Source: a bacterium (GTDB taxonomy: Bacteria > Zhuqueibacterota > Zhuqueibacteria > Residuimicrobiales > Krinioviventaceae). Taken from it: DNA of 64,000 nt. A program made the translations under genes and the position numbers. The stretch lies in NCBI GenBank assembly GCA_963693055.1, contig OY843751.1, forward strand, positions 2,592,001 through 2,656,000, given 5' to 3'. Shown one piece after another: positions 1-9,674 of the stretch (positions within the stretch are counted from its first letter, which is position 1; every line of letters begins with the position of its first letter). The notes under the pieces are model-generated. The model did no database searches and was not told where the DNA came from. It saw only the letters and a program-made list of their open reading frames with translations.

Positions 1-1147
1 TATTTTGGTATTGGCCTTTATTGCTGCTGCTTATTCTTTGTACGGTGGCTTGTCTGCAGTTGCATGGACCGATGTTTTACAGGTAGCATTGTTGGTTGTT
101 GGTGGTTTAATTACAACTGTTATTGCTTTGAATCATTTAACACCTGATGGTGGTCTTGCTGCTGGTATATCTCATCTTGCTAGTACAGCAGGTTCTAAAT
201 TCCACATGATTCTAAGTCGTGACAATCCCGAGTATTTCAACCTGCCAGGTATAGGTGTTTTGATAGGAGGTATGTGGGTTGCCAATTTGTATTACTGGGG
301 ATTTAACCAGTATATTATTCAACGTGCATTGGCTGCCAAGTCATTAGGTGAAGCTCAACGAGGATTAGCGTTTGCAGCTTTTCTTAAATTAATTATTCCT
401 TTGATTGTTGTTATTCCCGGTATTGTTGCATGGGTAATGTTTACGCAGCCCGAAGGTACGGCCATGATTGCCGGTGTGCAAGATGCCTTTTTAAAAGCGA
501 ATGGAGATGTAAATTTTGATAAAGCATATCCCTGGTTGATTAGTGTATTTATTCCAACAGGTTTAAAGGGATTGGTTGTAGCTGCTTTAACTGCTGCTAT
601 TGTATCATCTCTTGCATCCATGTTGAATTCCACTTCAACCATTTTTACAATGGACATTTATAAACCTTATATGAGACCAAATGCTACAGATAAGCAGATT
701 GTTACCGTTGGTCGTCTTAGCGCCGGTATTGCTTTAATTGTTGCAGTTACACTGGCACCAATTATGAAAAACATTCCGCAGATGTTTCAATATATTCAGG
801 AATATACAGGTCTTGTAAGTCCTGGTATTTTGGGTGTATTTTTAATGGGTCTGTTCTGGAAAAAAACAACAACTCGTGCAGCTATTACTGGTGTGTTGGC
901 TTCTATTGTTATCGCTTTATTGTTAAAAGCTTCATTCATTGATCTTCCTTTTATGGATCAAATGTTTTACACCCTGATATTAACAATTGTTATTATTGTA
1001 GGTGTTACTTTGACTACTTCTGATAAAGATGAAGATGAAAAAGCGATTGTTTTGACATCCAAAGTTTTTAAAACAGATTCGGTTTTCAATATTTCTTCTT
1101 ATGCTATATTGATAATTCTGGTTGTATTGTATACAGTTTTTTGGTAA
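1..1147 (+). CDS. Sodium:solute symporter (SSS family, vSGLT-like sodium/galactose or glucose cotransporter), 5'-truncated by the window edge
   Basis: Multi-TM protein with SSS motifs YSLYGGLSAVAWTD, YWGFNQYIIQRALAA and SSLASMLNSTSTIFTMDIY; directly upstream of galK. Confidence 0.9.
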   Translation, partial: ILVLAFIAAAYSLYGGLSAVAWTDVLQVALLVVGGLITTVIALNHLTPDGGLAAGISHLASTAGSKFHMILSRDNPEYFNLPGIGVLIGGMWVANLYYWGFNQYIIQRALAAKSLGEAQRGLAFAAFLKLIIPLIVVIPGIVAWVMFTQPEGTAMIAGVQDAFLKANGDVNFDKAYPWLISVFIPTGLKGLVVAALTAAIVSSLASMLNSTSTIFTMDIYKPYMRPNATDKQIVTVGRLSAGIALIVAVTLAPIMKNIPQMFQYIQEYTGLVSPGILGVFLMGLFWKKTTTRAAITGVLASIVIALLLKASFIDLPFMDQMFYTLILTIVIIVGVTLTTSDKDEDEKAIVLTSKVFKTDSVFNISSYAILIILVVLYTVFW

Positions 1148-1153
1148 TTGTAA

Positions 1154-1196
1154 AACCCGGTGTTATTTTGTTTGATTTGTACTAAAGCACCGGGTT
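1154..1196. repeat. Intergenic inverted repeat AACCCGGTG...CACCGGGTT (possible RNA hairpin or operator)
   Basis: Perfect 9-bp arms at 1154-1162 and 1188-1196, GC-rich in an AT-rich spacer, with no clean U-tract. Confidence 0.5.
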
Positions 1197-1219
1197 GTTA
1201 TATATTATATTGAGGTAAA

Positions 1220-2371
1220 ATGGATTTTATAACCATTGCAGATAAGTTTAAAGATCATTTCAAATCTATCCCCAGAATTTTCAGAGCCCCAGGTCGGGTA
1301 AATCTTATTGGTGAACATGTTGATTATAATGATGGTTTTGTATTACCAATTGCCATAAATAATTATACTGCTGTTGCTATGACTCCACGACAGGACCGAA
1401 TGCTTTGGATATGGTCTGAAAACATGAAAGAGTTGAAAAAGATTGATCTTGATGAAATATCACGCAAACAGAACCATTGGAGTGACTATATTGCAGGGCT
1501 TGCTAAATTATTAGAACTGAATGGTATAAAACTGACAGGGGCTAATCTTTTTATTGAAAGTGAAATTTCTATAGGTGCAGGATTATCATCGTCTGCGGCT
1601 TTGGAAGTATCTGCATCATTGGCATTATTAAATTCTGTTGATGTAGTTATGGATTCGGTTAAACTGGCTAAACTTGGTCAAACTGTTGAAAATCAATTTG
1701 TGGGTACAAATTCAGGTATAATGGATCCGTTTGTATCGGTACATGGTGAAAAAGATAAAGCGATTTTTCTGGATTGCCGCTCATTAGATTATGAATTGAT
1801 TTCTATACCTTCAGATGATATTAAAATTGTTATTTGCAATACTAAAGTCAAACACGAACTTGGAGAATCCGAGTATAACAATCGTCGTTCTGAATGTGAG
1901 GCCGGTGTTAAAGTATTAAAAAAATCTCTTGGTAAAATAAGAGCATTACGTGATGTTACCAAAGATCAATTTAATGAATTTCAAGATCAATTGATGCCCA
2001 ATATCAAAATGCGTTGCAGGCATGTTATAAGTGAAATTGAACGTACCCGACTTTGTGCTGATGCGTTAAAGAATAACGATCTGGTAACTTTTGGTAAATA
2101 TATGTATGAATCTCATGACAGCCTTCGAGATGATTACCAGGTCAGTTGCAGAGAATTAGATGTTATGGTTAATATTGCGTCCAAACAACCCGGAGTTTTG
2201 GGGGCCAGAATGACAGGCGGTGGTTTTGGAGGTAGTACTGTTAATTTGGTAAAAACTCAACATGTTGGTAGATTTTGTGAAGCTATTTACACAAATTTCA
2301 AGAAACAAACAGGTATTGAACCTATTATCTATATTTCTACCGCGGCAAGGGGCGCAGCCGAATTCTTTTAA
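1220..2371 (+). CDS. galK: Galactokinase
   Basis: APGRVNLIGEHVDYNDG, GAGLSSSAA and GARMTGGGFGG GHMP/GalK motifs; GAGG RBS. Confidence 0.97.
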   Translation: MDFITIADKFKDHFKSIPRIFRAPGRVNLIGEHVDYNDGFVLPIAINNYTAVAMTPRQDRMLWIWSENMKELKKIDLDEISRKQNHWSDYIAGLAKLLELNGIKLTGANLFIESEISIGAGLSSSAALEVSASLALLNSVDVVMDSVKLAKLGQTVENQFVGTNSGIMDPFVSVHGEKDKAIFLDCRSLDYELISIPSDDIKIVICNTKVKHELGESEYNNRRSECEAGVKVLKKSLGKIRALRDVTKDQFNEFQDQLMPNIKMRCRHVISEIERTRLCADALKNNDLVTFGKYMYESHDSLRDDYQVSCRELDVMVNIASKQPGVLGARMTGGGFGGSTVNLVKTQHVGRFCEAIYTNFKKQTGIEPIIYISTAARGAAEFF

Positions 2372-2510
2372 ATTTGCATCAATTTTACTTTTATCAAATC
2401 ATCGGAATAATCAATATTATTAACCCGTTTTAATTTATAGAAATTTTGATTTCTTGGGGTGTTATTTATTATAAACTAATCTGTTTTTAACAGATAAGGA
2501 GTTTTTTTTA

Positions 2511-4685
2511 ATGCAAATGATTCATATTGTATCAAACAGGTTACCTACAAGTATAAGTAAAAAAAACAACAAGCTTTCCTTTAAACCTAGTGCTGGAGGA
2601 CTTGCTACGGGCTTAGGGTCTCTTTACAAAAAATATGATAGTTTATGGTTGGGATGGCCCGGTATTATACCTACAAATGATGATGAAAAAAATGAAATCA
2701 AAAAAAACCTGGTACAAGATAGAATGTCACCGGTATTTTTAGGTAAGGATGATATTGAAAAATATTATGAAGGATTTAGTAACAATACAATTTGGCCCTT
2801 GTTCCACTATTTTACCCAATATACTCACTATCATCAGGATCAATGGGAAGCTTATGTTAAAGTTAATAATATATTCTGTGACGAGTTGATTGACAAAATA
2901 CGTCGTGATGACATTATCTGGATTCATGATTATCACTTGTTACTTTTGCCTCAAATGATCAGAGAAAGAATACCTGATGCTACCATTGGTTTCTTTTTAC
3001 ATATCCCATTTCCTTCGTTTGAAATTTTCCGTCTGCTCCCCTGGAGAAAGGAAATTTTGGCAGGCTTGCTTGGGGCTGATTTAATAGGATTCCATACTTT
3101 TGATTATGGCCGTCACTTTATGAGTGCAGTAACCCGTATTGCTGGTCATGAAGTAAAAATGAACCGCATTACTCATGAAGATAGGGTAACGCAGGTCGAT
3201 TGTTTTCCTATGGGGATTGATTTTGATAAATTTGCCGCAGCACCAAAAAAACAAGCTGTGCAGAGAGAAAAAAAGAAATTTTTAAAAAGGCTTACATCAT
3301 CAAAAATTATTATATCAATTGATCGATTAGACTATTCCAAAGGATTATTACAAAGGCTTGAAGCGTATGACATGTTTCTTCGGGAAAATCCCGAATACCT
3401 TGAAAAAATTGTTCTTATAATGGTTGTCGTTCCTTCACGTTCCCAGGTTGCAAATTATCAAGATCTAAAACATCAAATAGATGAAATGGTTGGACGAATT
3501 AATGGTGAACATGGCTCTGTAGGTTGGATTCCCATCGTCTACTTGTATCGTTCATTTTCTTTCAATGCGCTTTCCGCATTATACAGCATTGCTGATATAG
3601 CATTAATAACTCCGTTGCGTGATGGCATGAACCTTGTAGCAAAAGAGTTTATAGCCAACAAAAAGGATGACAAAGGTGTTTTGATAATGAGCGAGTTGGC
3701 TGGTTCTGCTGACGAGTTGGGAGAAGCTATTTTAATAAATCCCAATGATCAGCGAGATATTGTTGAAGCTTTGAAACATGCACTGGTAATGCCTGAAGAA
3801 GAGCAAATCAAGCGTAATCTTGAGATGCAACACAAAATCAAGCGTTACAATGTAAAGCGTTGGGCTGAAGATTTTGTTGAAAGACTTGTACAGGCTAAAG
3901 AGCTTCAAAATTCTTTGAAAATTAAACAACTGTCCGCAAATTCAACCCGTAAAATTGTCACTTCATATAAAGAGGCTGAAAAACGGTTGATTTTTCTGGA
4001 TTATGATGGCACTTTGGTACCCTTTTTTAAGAATCCACTCGATGCAAAGCCTGATAATGAGTTGTTAGAAATTTTAAAAGCGTTGGCTGCTGATTCTAGA
4101 AACAGTGTGGTAATTATAAGTGGTAGAAGTCAGGAAATTATCGAAGAATGGTTCGGAGAACTTGAGATTGATCTGGTAGCTGAGCATGGGGTGTGGTTAA
4201 GAGAGTTGGGACATACCTGGGAAATGATTGATTCTTTATCTCAGGATTGGAAAAAAGATATTAATCCGATTCTTGATTTATATGTTGAACGTACACCAGG
4301 TTCTTTTGTTGAAGAAAAAGGATATTCACTGGTATGGCATTATCGTAAAGCTGATGTTGGTTTAGGTGAACTTCGAGCCAGAGAGTTAATTGATACTTTG
4401 AATTATTTTACTGGCAATCTTGATCTTCAGATCCTTGAAGGTAACAAGGTGATTGAGATCAAAAATAGTGGTATTAATAAAGGCAGAGCTGCTATCAAAT
4501 GGATCAACCGTGAAGAATGGCCATTTATTATTGGCATAGGTGATGATTGGACAGATGAAGATTTATTTAGCGCAATGCCAGACCAGGCTTTCTCCATACG
4601 TGTTGGTTTTGTATCCACTTTGGCGAAGCATAATATAAAATCCTATATTCAGGTTAGAAAATTATTGCGCGATATGATTGATTGA
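2511..4685 (+). CDS. otsA: Bifunctional trehalose-6-phosphate synthase/phosphatase (OtsA-OtsB fusion, TPSP)
   Basis: GT20 motifs VSNRLP, WIHDYHL, FFLHIPFP, DRLDYSKG, RDGMNLVAKE; C-terminal HAD domain FLDYDGTL...GDDWTDED. Confidence 0.96.
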   Translation: MQMIHIVSNRLPTSISKKNNKLSFKPSAGGLATGLGSLYKKYDSLWLGWPGIIPTNDDEKNEIKKNLVQDRMSPVFLGKDDIEKYYEGFSNNTIWPLFHYFTQYTHYHQDQWEAYVKVNNIFCDELIDKIRRDDIIWIHDYHLLLLPQMIRERIPDATIGFFLHIPFPSFEIFRLLPWRKEILAGLLGADLIGFHTFDYGRHFMSAVTRIAGHEVKMNRITHEDRVTQVDCFPMGIDFDKFAAAPKKQAVQREKKKFLKRLTSSKIIISIDRLDYSKGLLQRLEAYDMFLRENPEYLEKIVLIMVVVPSRSQVANYQDLKHQIDEMVGRINGEHGSVGWIPIVYLYRSFSFNALSALYSIADIALITPLRDGMNLVAKEFIANKKDDKGVLIMSELAGSADELGEAILINPNDQRDIVEALKHALVMPEEEQIKRNLEMQHKIKRYNVKRWAEDFVERLVQAKELQNSLKIKQLSANSTRKIVTSYKEAEKRLIFLDYDGTLVPFFKNPLDAKPDNELLEILKALAADSRNSVVIISGRSQEIIEEWFGELEIDLVAEHGVWLRELGHTWEMIDSLSQDWKKDINPILDLYVERTPGSFVEEKGYSLVWHYRKADVGLGELRARELIDTLNYFTGNLDLQILEGNKVIEIKNSGINKGRAAIKWINREEWPFIIGIGDDWTDEDLFSAMPDQAFSIRVGFVSTLAKHNIKSYIQVRKLLRDMID

Positions 4686-4699
4686 TAAAGGAGTTCATT

Positions 4700-5944
4700 A
4701 TGAAAACATTAGACGATTATAGGTATATCATTGGAGACGAACAATTAGCTGCAATTTATCAAAATGCACGAAAGCTATATGGTAAAGAAATTATTCACAT
4801 AAATTCTACTTTTATGGGAGGTGGTGTAGCTGAGATATTAACCAGCTTGACCCCTTTGATGAACAGTGCTGGAATTTCAGCAGACTGGCGTGTTATTCAT
4901 GGAAACATTGATCTTTTTAATATTACCAAGAAATTTCATAACAGTTTGCAGGGAGATCCTATTAATCTTTCTGAAATTAAAAAGGAGCTATATATCCAGG
5001 CAAGTGAGAATTTCTCAGCATATGCAAATCTGGATTGTGATGCCGTTATTGTGCATGATCCACAACCTTTACCATTGATCCAGTTTTATCAAAAAAAGCA
5101 ACCCTGGATTTGGCGTTGTCATATAGATTTATCAAATCCTGATAAAGATCTTTGGGAATTCCTGAAAGGATTTATTCTGCGTTATGATATGACAATTCTT
5201 TCTCATGAACAATACAAAAAACAGGATCTGCCCGTAATGCAGAAAATTATTCAACCTGTTATTGATCCATTGACTTTGAAAAACAAAGATCTGGACGATG
5301 ATACCATTAATGAATATATCAGTAAATTCAATATTCCTACAGATAAACCATTGCTGACACAAATTTCACGTTTTGATAAATGGAAAGATCCTCTTGGTGT
5401 AATTGAAGTGTATAAAAAGGTCCGTGAACAGGTTGATTGTCGTTTGATTTTGTGTGGAAGTATGGCCTCTGATGATCCTGAAGGTATTGAAATCTATGAA
5501 ATGGTTAATGAGAAACACAAAGACCTTATTGATAGTGGCGATATTATACTTATGACACTTGAAAACCATATTCTTGTAAATGTATTGCAGAGAATTTCAA
5601 CCGTTGTAATTCAAAAATCTTTGCGAGAAGGATTTGGTCTTGTGGTTACAGAAGCATTGTGGAAAGAAAAGCCTGTTGTTGCTTCAAAAATTGGAGGCAT
5701 CCCGCTTCAGATTGAAGATGGTGTGCATGGTTATCTGTTAGATCCTTTAGACTTTGATGGATTTGCTGATCGTATCATATATTTAATGAAAAATCCTGAC
5801 AAGGCAAAAGATATGGGTAAAGCTGCAAAAGAGTATGTTAAAGAAAAATTCTTGATTACCCGCTTGTTAAATGATTATATGGATGTTTTAAGCCAGGAAT
5901 TAGGTAATTATACTTTGTGTTATTATACACCTAATGGCAGATAA
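4700..5944 (+). CDS. treT: TreT-like trehalose glycosyltransferring synthase (GT4)
   Basis: HINSTFMGGGVAEIL, HDPQPL, WRCHID, SRFDKWKDP, EGFGLVVTEA; start moved to ATG 4700 behind an AAGGAG RBS. Confidence 0.85.
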   Translation: MKTLDDYRYIIGDEQLAAIYQNARKLYGKEIIHINSTFMGGGVAEILTSLTPLMNSAGISADWRVIHGNIDLFNITKKFHNSLQGDPINLSEIKKELYIQASENFSAYANLDCDAVIVHDPQPLPLIQFYQKKQPWIWRCHIDLSNPDKDLWEFLKGFILRYDMTILSHEQYKKQDLPVMQKIIQPVIDPLTLKNKDLDDDTINEYISKFNIPTDKPLLTQISRFDKWKDPLGVIEVYKKVREQVDCRLILCGSMASDDPEGIEIYEMVNEKHKDLIDSGDIILMTLENHILVNVLQRISTVVIQKSLREGFGLVVTEALWKEKPVVASKIGGIPLQIEDGVHGYLLDPLDFDGFADRIIYLMKNPDKAKDMGKAAKEYVKEKFLITRLLNDYMDVLSQELGNYTLCYYTPNGR

Positions 5945-6009
5945 AAACTATTTTTTCTTAATTAAAAAAGGCTTACATTCTATTTCGTAAAAATGGATTT
6001 CCTTTTAGG

Positions 6010-6915
6010 ATGCTGATAATGAATCGATTTTTTATTTATATGTTAAGCCTTTTTTTTATTATTTCAGGCTGTCAAAAATCACAAGAAAATACTCGAGCAA
6101 AGATCCAGGTTGCTGCTTCAATCATGCCATTGGTAGATTTTACGCAGCAAATTGGAGGGGAACAAGTTGATGTTTTTCAAATCATTCCACCTGGTTCAAA
6201 TGCTCATACTTTTGAATTAACACCCCAACTTGTAAAAAATATTGCAGGTGCTGATTTGGTCGTATTAAACGGTTTAGGGCTTGAATTTTGGGCCCAAAAA
6301 CTTGATCAAATTATTGATCCTGATAACATAATAAATACCTCTGCAAATATCAAAATCCATGATCTACATGAAGGCCATCATCATGAACATGATGATGATC
6401 ATGAACTGCATGTGAATCCTCATATTTGGTTGGATCCTGTATGGGCATCTCAACAAATTATTATGATCCGGAATGCTCTAATCCATATTGATAAAGATCA
6501 TAAAATTGATTATGAGATGAGAGCGGATACTTTACTAAAATCTTTGGATAATTTAACTGTTTCTATAACAGATTCGGTAAATACATGGAGTCAAAAACAG
6601 TTCATTTGCTTTCATCCTGCATGGGAATATTTTGCAGAACGTTTTGGTTTGACCCAGGCAGCTATTATTGAACCTTCTCATGGAATGGAACCCGGACCTG
6701 CAAAAATTGCAGAGATTGTGGAAACAGCCAGAAATATTCAGGCCAGGGCAATATTTACCGAAGCTGAATTTCCAGATGTTTTGAGCAAGACAATTGCACG
6801 TGAAAGTGGAATTGTTACCGTAGCTCTTGATCCCCTGGGAAGTACTAAAGGTATAGATAATTATATTGATTTAATGCATTATAATGTAATGCAGATGTCT
6901 AAAGCATTGAAATAA
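6010..6915 (+). CDS. znuA: Zn/Mn ABC transporter substrate-binding lipoprotein
   Basis: Lipobox ISGC, NAHTFE, His/Asp-rich loop HDLHEGHHHEHDDDHELH, NPHIWLDP, FHPAW. Confidence 0.88.
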   Translation: MLIMNRFFIYMLSLFFIISGCQKSQENTRAKIQVAASIMPLVDFTQQIGGEQVDVFQIIPPGSNAHTFELTPQLVKNIAGADLVVLNGLGLEFWAQKLDQIIDPDNIINTSANIKIHDLHEGHHHEHDDDHELHVNPHIWLDPVWASQQIIMIRNALIHIDKDHKIDYEMRADTLLKSLDNLTVSITDSVNTWSQKQFICFHPAWEYFAERFGLTQAAIIEPSHGMEPGPAKIAEIVETARNIQARAIFTEAEFPDVLSKTIARESGIVTVALDPLGSTKGIDNYIDLMHYNVMQMSKALK

Positions 6916-6922
6916 GTTCACT

Positions 6923-7744
6923 ATGGAAGAAATTAATAATACTGTAATATCTACAGAACATCTTTATGTAGCATATGAAGATAAATTGATCCTGGATGAT
7001 ATTACATTTGAGATCAAAAAAGGACAGTTTTGGGGTATCCTTGGTCCCAATGGATCTGGCAAGACCACATTGCTTGGTGCGTTATTGGGATTGGTTAAGC
7101 CTTTATCAGGTAAAATACATGTATTGGGTCAATCACCTGATAAATTGGGCCCCAAACGTGATTTATTAGGGTATGTACCTCAATATACTCAGGTTGATCT
7201 TAAATTCCCCATCAAAGTCAAAGATGTAGTAATGCTTGGGCGTACGAGGAAAATGGGGATAGGTAAACGGCCTGGGAAAGAAGACTGGCAGGCTGTAGAA
7301 AAAGCTCTTGATTTGGTAAACCTAAATAATCTTAAATATAGACAAATAGGCCGGTTATCGGGTGGAGAAAGACAGCGGGTTTTAATTGCCCGTGCTTTAG
7401 CGTTAGAGCCGGAAATACTTTTTCTGGATGAACCTACCGCTTCTCTGGATGTAGGAGCCACAGAAAGTTTTTATGAATGGTTATATTCCATGTACAAGAA
7501 TTTAAATATCACCCTTGTTCTTGTTTCTCACGATGTTGGAGTCATATCGAAATATGTAGATTCGGTAGCCTGTTTGAATGGGCGATTGGTTGCGCATGGA
7601 TTACCGGAACAAATATTAAATAATCATAATCTTGAAGATATGTATGGTTGCGATGCTGTTTTCTTTCATCATGGCAAAGTTCCCCATATTGTTGTTGCTG
7701 AACCGGAATCTAAACCTTATATCAGAGGAAACGATGTTGATTGA
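6923..7744 (+). CDS. znuC: Zn/Mn ABC transporter ATP-binding protein
   Basis: Walker A GPNGSGKT, GYVPQ, LSGGERQR, LDEPT, VSHD. Confidence 0.9.
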   Translation: MEEINNTVISTEHLYVAYEDKLILDDITFEIKKGQFWGILGPNGSGKTTLLGALLGLVKPLSGKIHVLGQSPDKLGPKRDLLGYVPQYTQVDLKFPIKVKDVVMLGRTRKMGIGKRPGKEDWQAVEKALDLVNLNNLKYRQIGRLSGGERQRVLIARALALEPEILFLDEPTASLDVGATESFYEWLYSMYKNLNITLVLVSHDVGVISKYVDSVACLNGRLVAHGLPEQILNNHNLEDMYGCDAVFFHHGKVPHIVVAEPESKPYIRGNDVD

Positions 7745-8579
7745 TCTGTTTCAATATACTTTTATGCAACGGGCTTTGGCAGCATCAACCATAACCGGAA
7801 TTGTTTGCGCAGTTATTGGAGTATATGTTGTATTGCGCGGTATGGCTTTTATCGGTGCTGGTATTTCACATGCTTCGTTTGCCGGTGTTGCATTGGGTTT
7901 CGTATTGGGTATTAATCCTTTTTTTACAACAATTGTTTTCTGTATACTTACTGCATGGGGTATTGGCATTGTAAGTGATAAACAACATGTAAAAGAAGAT
8001 ACAGCAGTAGGAATCTTTTTTGCATCAACCATGGCTTTTGGTATTTTGTTGATTGGTTTTATTAAAGGATATACCATTGATTTGTTTGGTTATATCTTTG
8101 GTAATATATTAGCTGTTACACAATTTGATGTTTGGTCAGGTCTTGTTCTAGCCGTTGTAGTGGTAGGCAATATAATTTTCTTTTATAAAGAATTTTTATT
8201 TATCACATTTGATCCTGAAATGGCCAAAGTTACCGGAATTTCTGTACGGTTTTTTAATTTTTTAATGCTTACGCTAGTATCGCTTACTGTTGTCATATCA
8301 ATCAAGATTGTTGGAATTGTTCTTGTTTCTGCATTGATTGTAACACCTGCCGCATCAGCTTATCAATTGACTGATGATTTTAAAAAGATGATGATTCTTG
8401 CAATTGTGTTTGGAGTTGTATCATCATGGGCTGGTCTATTATTTTCAGCTATTTTTAATTTTCCTTCAGGAGCCACCATAGTATTGACTGCCACTTTGAT
8501 CTTTTTTATAACGTTTACATTTTCACCAAAGCGCAAAAACCTGAAACTACGCATGAAAAAACTTTTATCTGTGAACTGA
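7734..8579 (+). CDS. znuB: Zn/Mn ABC transporter permease
   Basis: FMQRAL, ISHASFAG, FGNILAV, FDPEMA, PSGATIV (ABC-3 family); start at ATG 7734 after GAGGA. Confidence 0.88.
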   Translation: MLIDLFQYTFMQRALAASTITGIVCAVIGVYVVLRGMAFIGAGISHASFAGVALGFVLGINPFFTTIVFCILTAWGIGIVSDKQHVKEDTAVGIFFASTMAFGILLIGFIKGYTIDLFGYIFGNILAVTQFDVWSGLVLAVVVVGNIIFFYKEFLFITFDPEMAKVTGISVRFFNFLMLTLVSLTVVISIKIVGIVLVSALIVTPAASAYQLTDDFKKMMILAIVFGVVSSWAGLLFSAIFNFPSGATIVLTATLIFFITFTFSPKRKNLKLRMKKLLSVN

Positions 8580-8583
8580 GAGT

Positions 8584-9318
8584 ATGAAGCTAAAGATAAC
8601 AACGATTTTTGATAATTACGCATTATCCGATGAATTTAAAACTGAATGGGGTTTTTCCTGTATTATTGAATATGGTAATGAATTTATCTTATTCGATACT
8701 GGAAATGATTCCAATATTTTGTTAGAGAATATGAAATTGTTGGGATTTGATCCTAACGACATTACCCAGATTTTTATTTCACATATGCATTGGGACCATG
8801 TAGGAGGGCTTCTTGGATTCCTCCAAATTAACTCAAAGGTGAGATTGTTTCTGGTTGCCTCTGCACTTGATGATGATATTAAATATATGAAACAATACGT
8901 GAAAAGCATTGTACTGATTGATTCCATAACTGAGATATTACCAGGCGTATTTTCTTTAGGAGATATGCCTGGATATCTTAATGAACAGTCATTGCTTGTA
9001 AAGGTGAATAGTGGTGTTGTTGTTATTACTGGCTGCGCCCATCCTGGTATTGATTATATTCTGGATACATGTCAATCCATGTTTCCTGGTGAAACGGTAA
9101 AGCTCTTGATGGGTGGTTTTCATTTATTACACGATAACCAAAACCAGGTTTCAGCTCATATTCAATATTTATTGCAATCTAATATTGGTCATATTTCACC
9201 CTCTCACTGTACAGGAGATGAAGCTATTGATGCCATAAAAAATGCGTTTGGCGATAAATATCTTCAAGGTGGTGTAGGTTTTTCAACAATTTTTGATCTA
9301 GATGAGGAGGTATTATGA
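8584..9318 (+). CDS. MBL-fold metallo-hydrolase (COG1237/MJ0301-like)
   Basis: EWGFS, LFDTG, SHMHWDHVGG, TGCAHPGI, GGFHL, PSHCTG. Confidence 0.88.
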   Translation: MKLKITTIFDNYALSDEFKTEWGFSCIIEYGNEFILFDTGNDSNILLENMKLLGFDPNDITQIFISHMHWDHVGGLLGFLQINSKVRLFLVASALDDDIKYMKQYVKSIVLIDSITEILPGVFSLGDMPGYLNEQSLLVKVNSGVVVITGCAHPGIDYILDTCQSMFPGETVKLLMGGFHLLHDNQNQVSAHIQYLLQSNIGHISPSHCTGDEAIDAIKNAFGDKYLQGGVGFSTIFDLDEEVL

Positions 9319-9674
9319 AAGTAGCACATTATACCGATATACCAGCAAAAGTATTTGGCAGCGAAGCGCCAAATACATCAATCCGTGTTTTGATCAATGA
9401 TGAAAATGATAATGCACCTGTTTATAATCTAAGAATGATTGAGATAGGTGTTGAAGGAAATACACCTGACCATTCTCATCCATATGAACATGAGAACTTT
9501 GTTGTAGAAGGCAATGGTGCAGTAATGATTGATGGTACCTGGTATGAGTTGAAACAGGGAGATGTTGTATTAGTTCCGGCTAATATTCGACATCAATATA
9601 AAAACACGGGTAACTCTGTCTTTAAATTTCTTTGTGGAATTCCTAATTCCAAAATTCAATCTGTGATTGAATAG
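9315..9674 (+). CDS. Cupin domain protein
   Basis: TPDHSHPYEHENFVVEG and GDVVLVPANIRHQY cupin metal motifs; GAGGAGG RBS. Confidence 0.88.
   Translation: MKVAHYTDIPAKVFGSEAPNTSIRVLINDENDNAPVYNLRMIEIGVEGNTPDHSHPYEHENFVVEGNGAVMIDGTWYELKQGDVVLVPANIRHQYKNTGNSVFKFLCGIPNSKIQSVIE

Noticed and set aside
5945-6009. Zur/Fur box upstream of znuA
   Set aside because: Only A/T-run symmetry; no convincing palindrome in an AT-rich background
6355-6415. CAT/GAT-rich repeat-like stretch
   Set aside because: Encodes the normal His/Asp-rich loop of ZnuA, not a DNA repeat element
7632-7733. Extended start of znuB (similar extensions for treT, 28745, bamD 51186 and rsmB 56833)
   Set aside because: They overlap upstream genes; downstream ATGs fit the family N-termini better and several have a clear RBS
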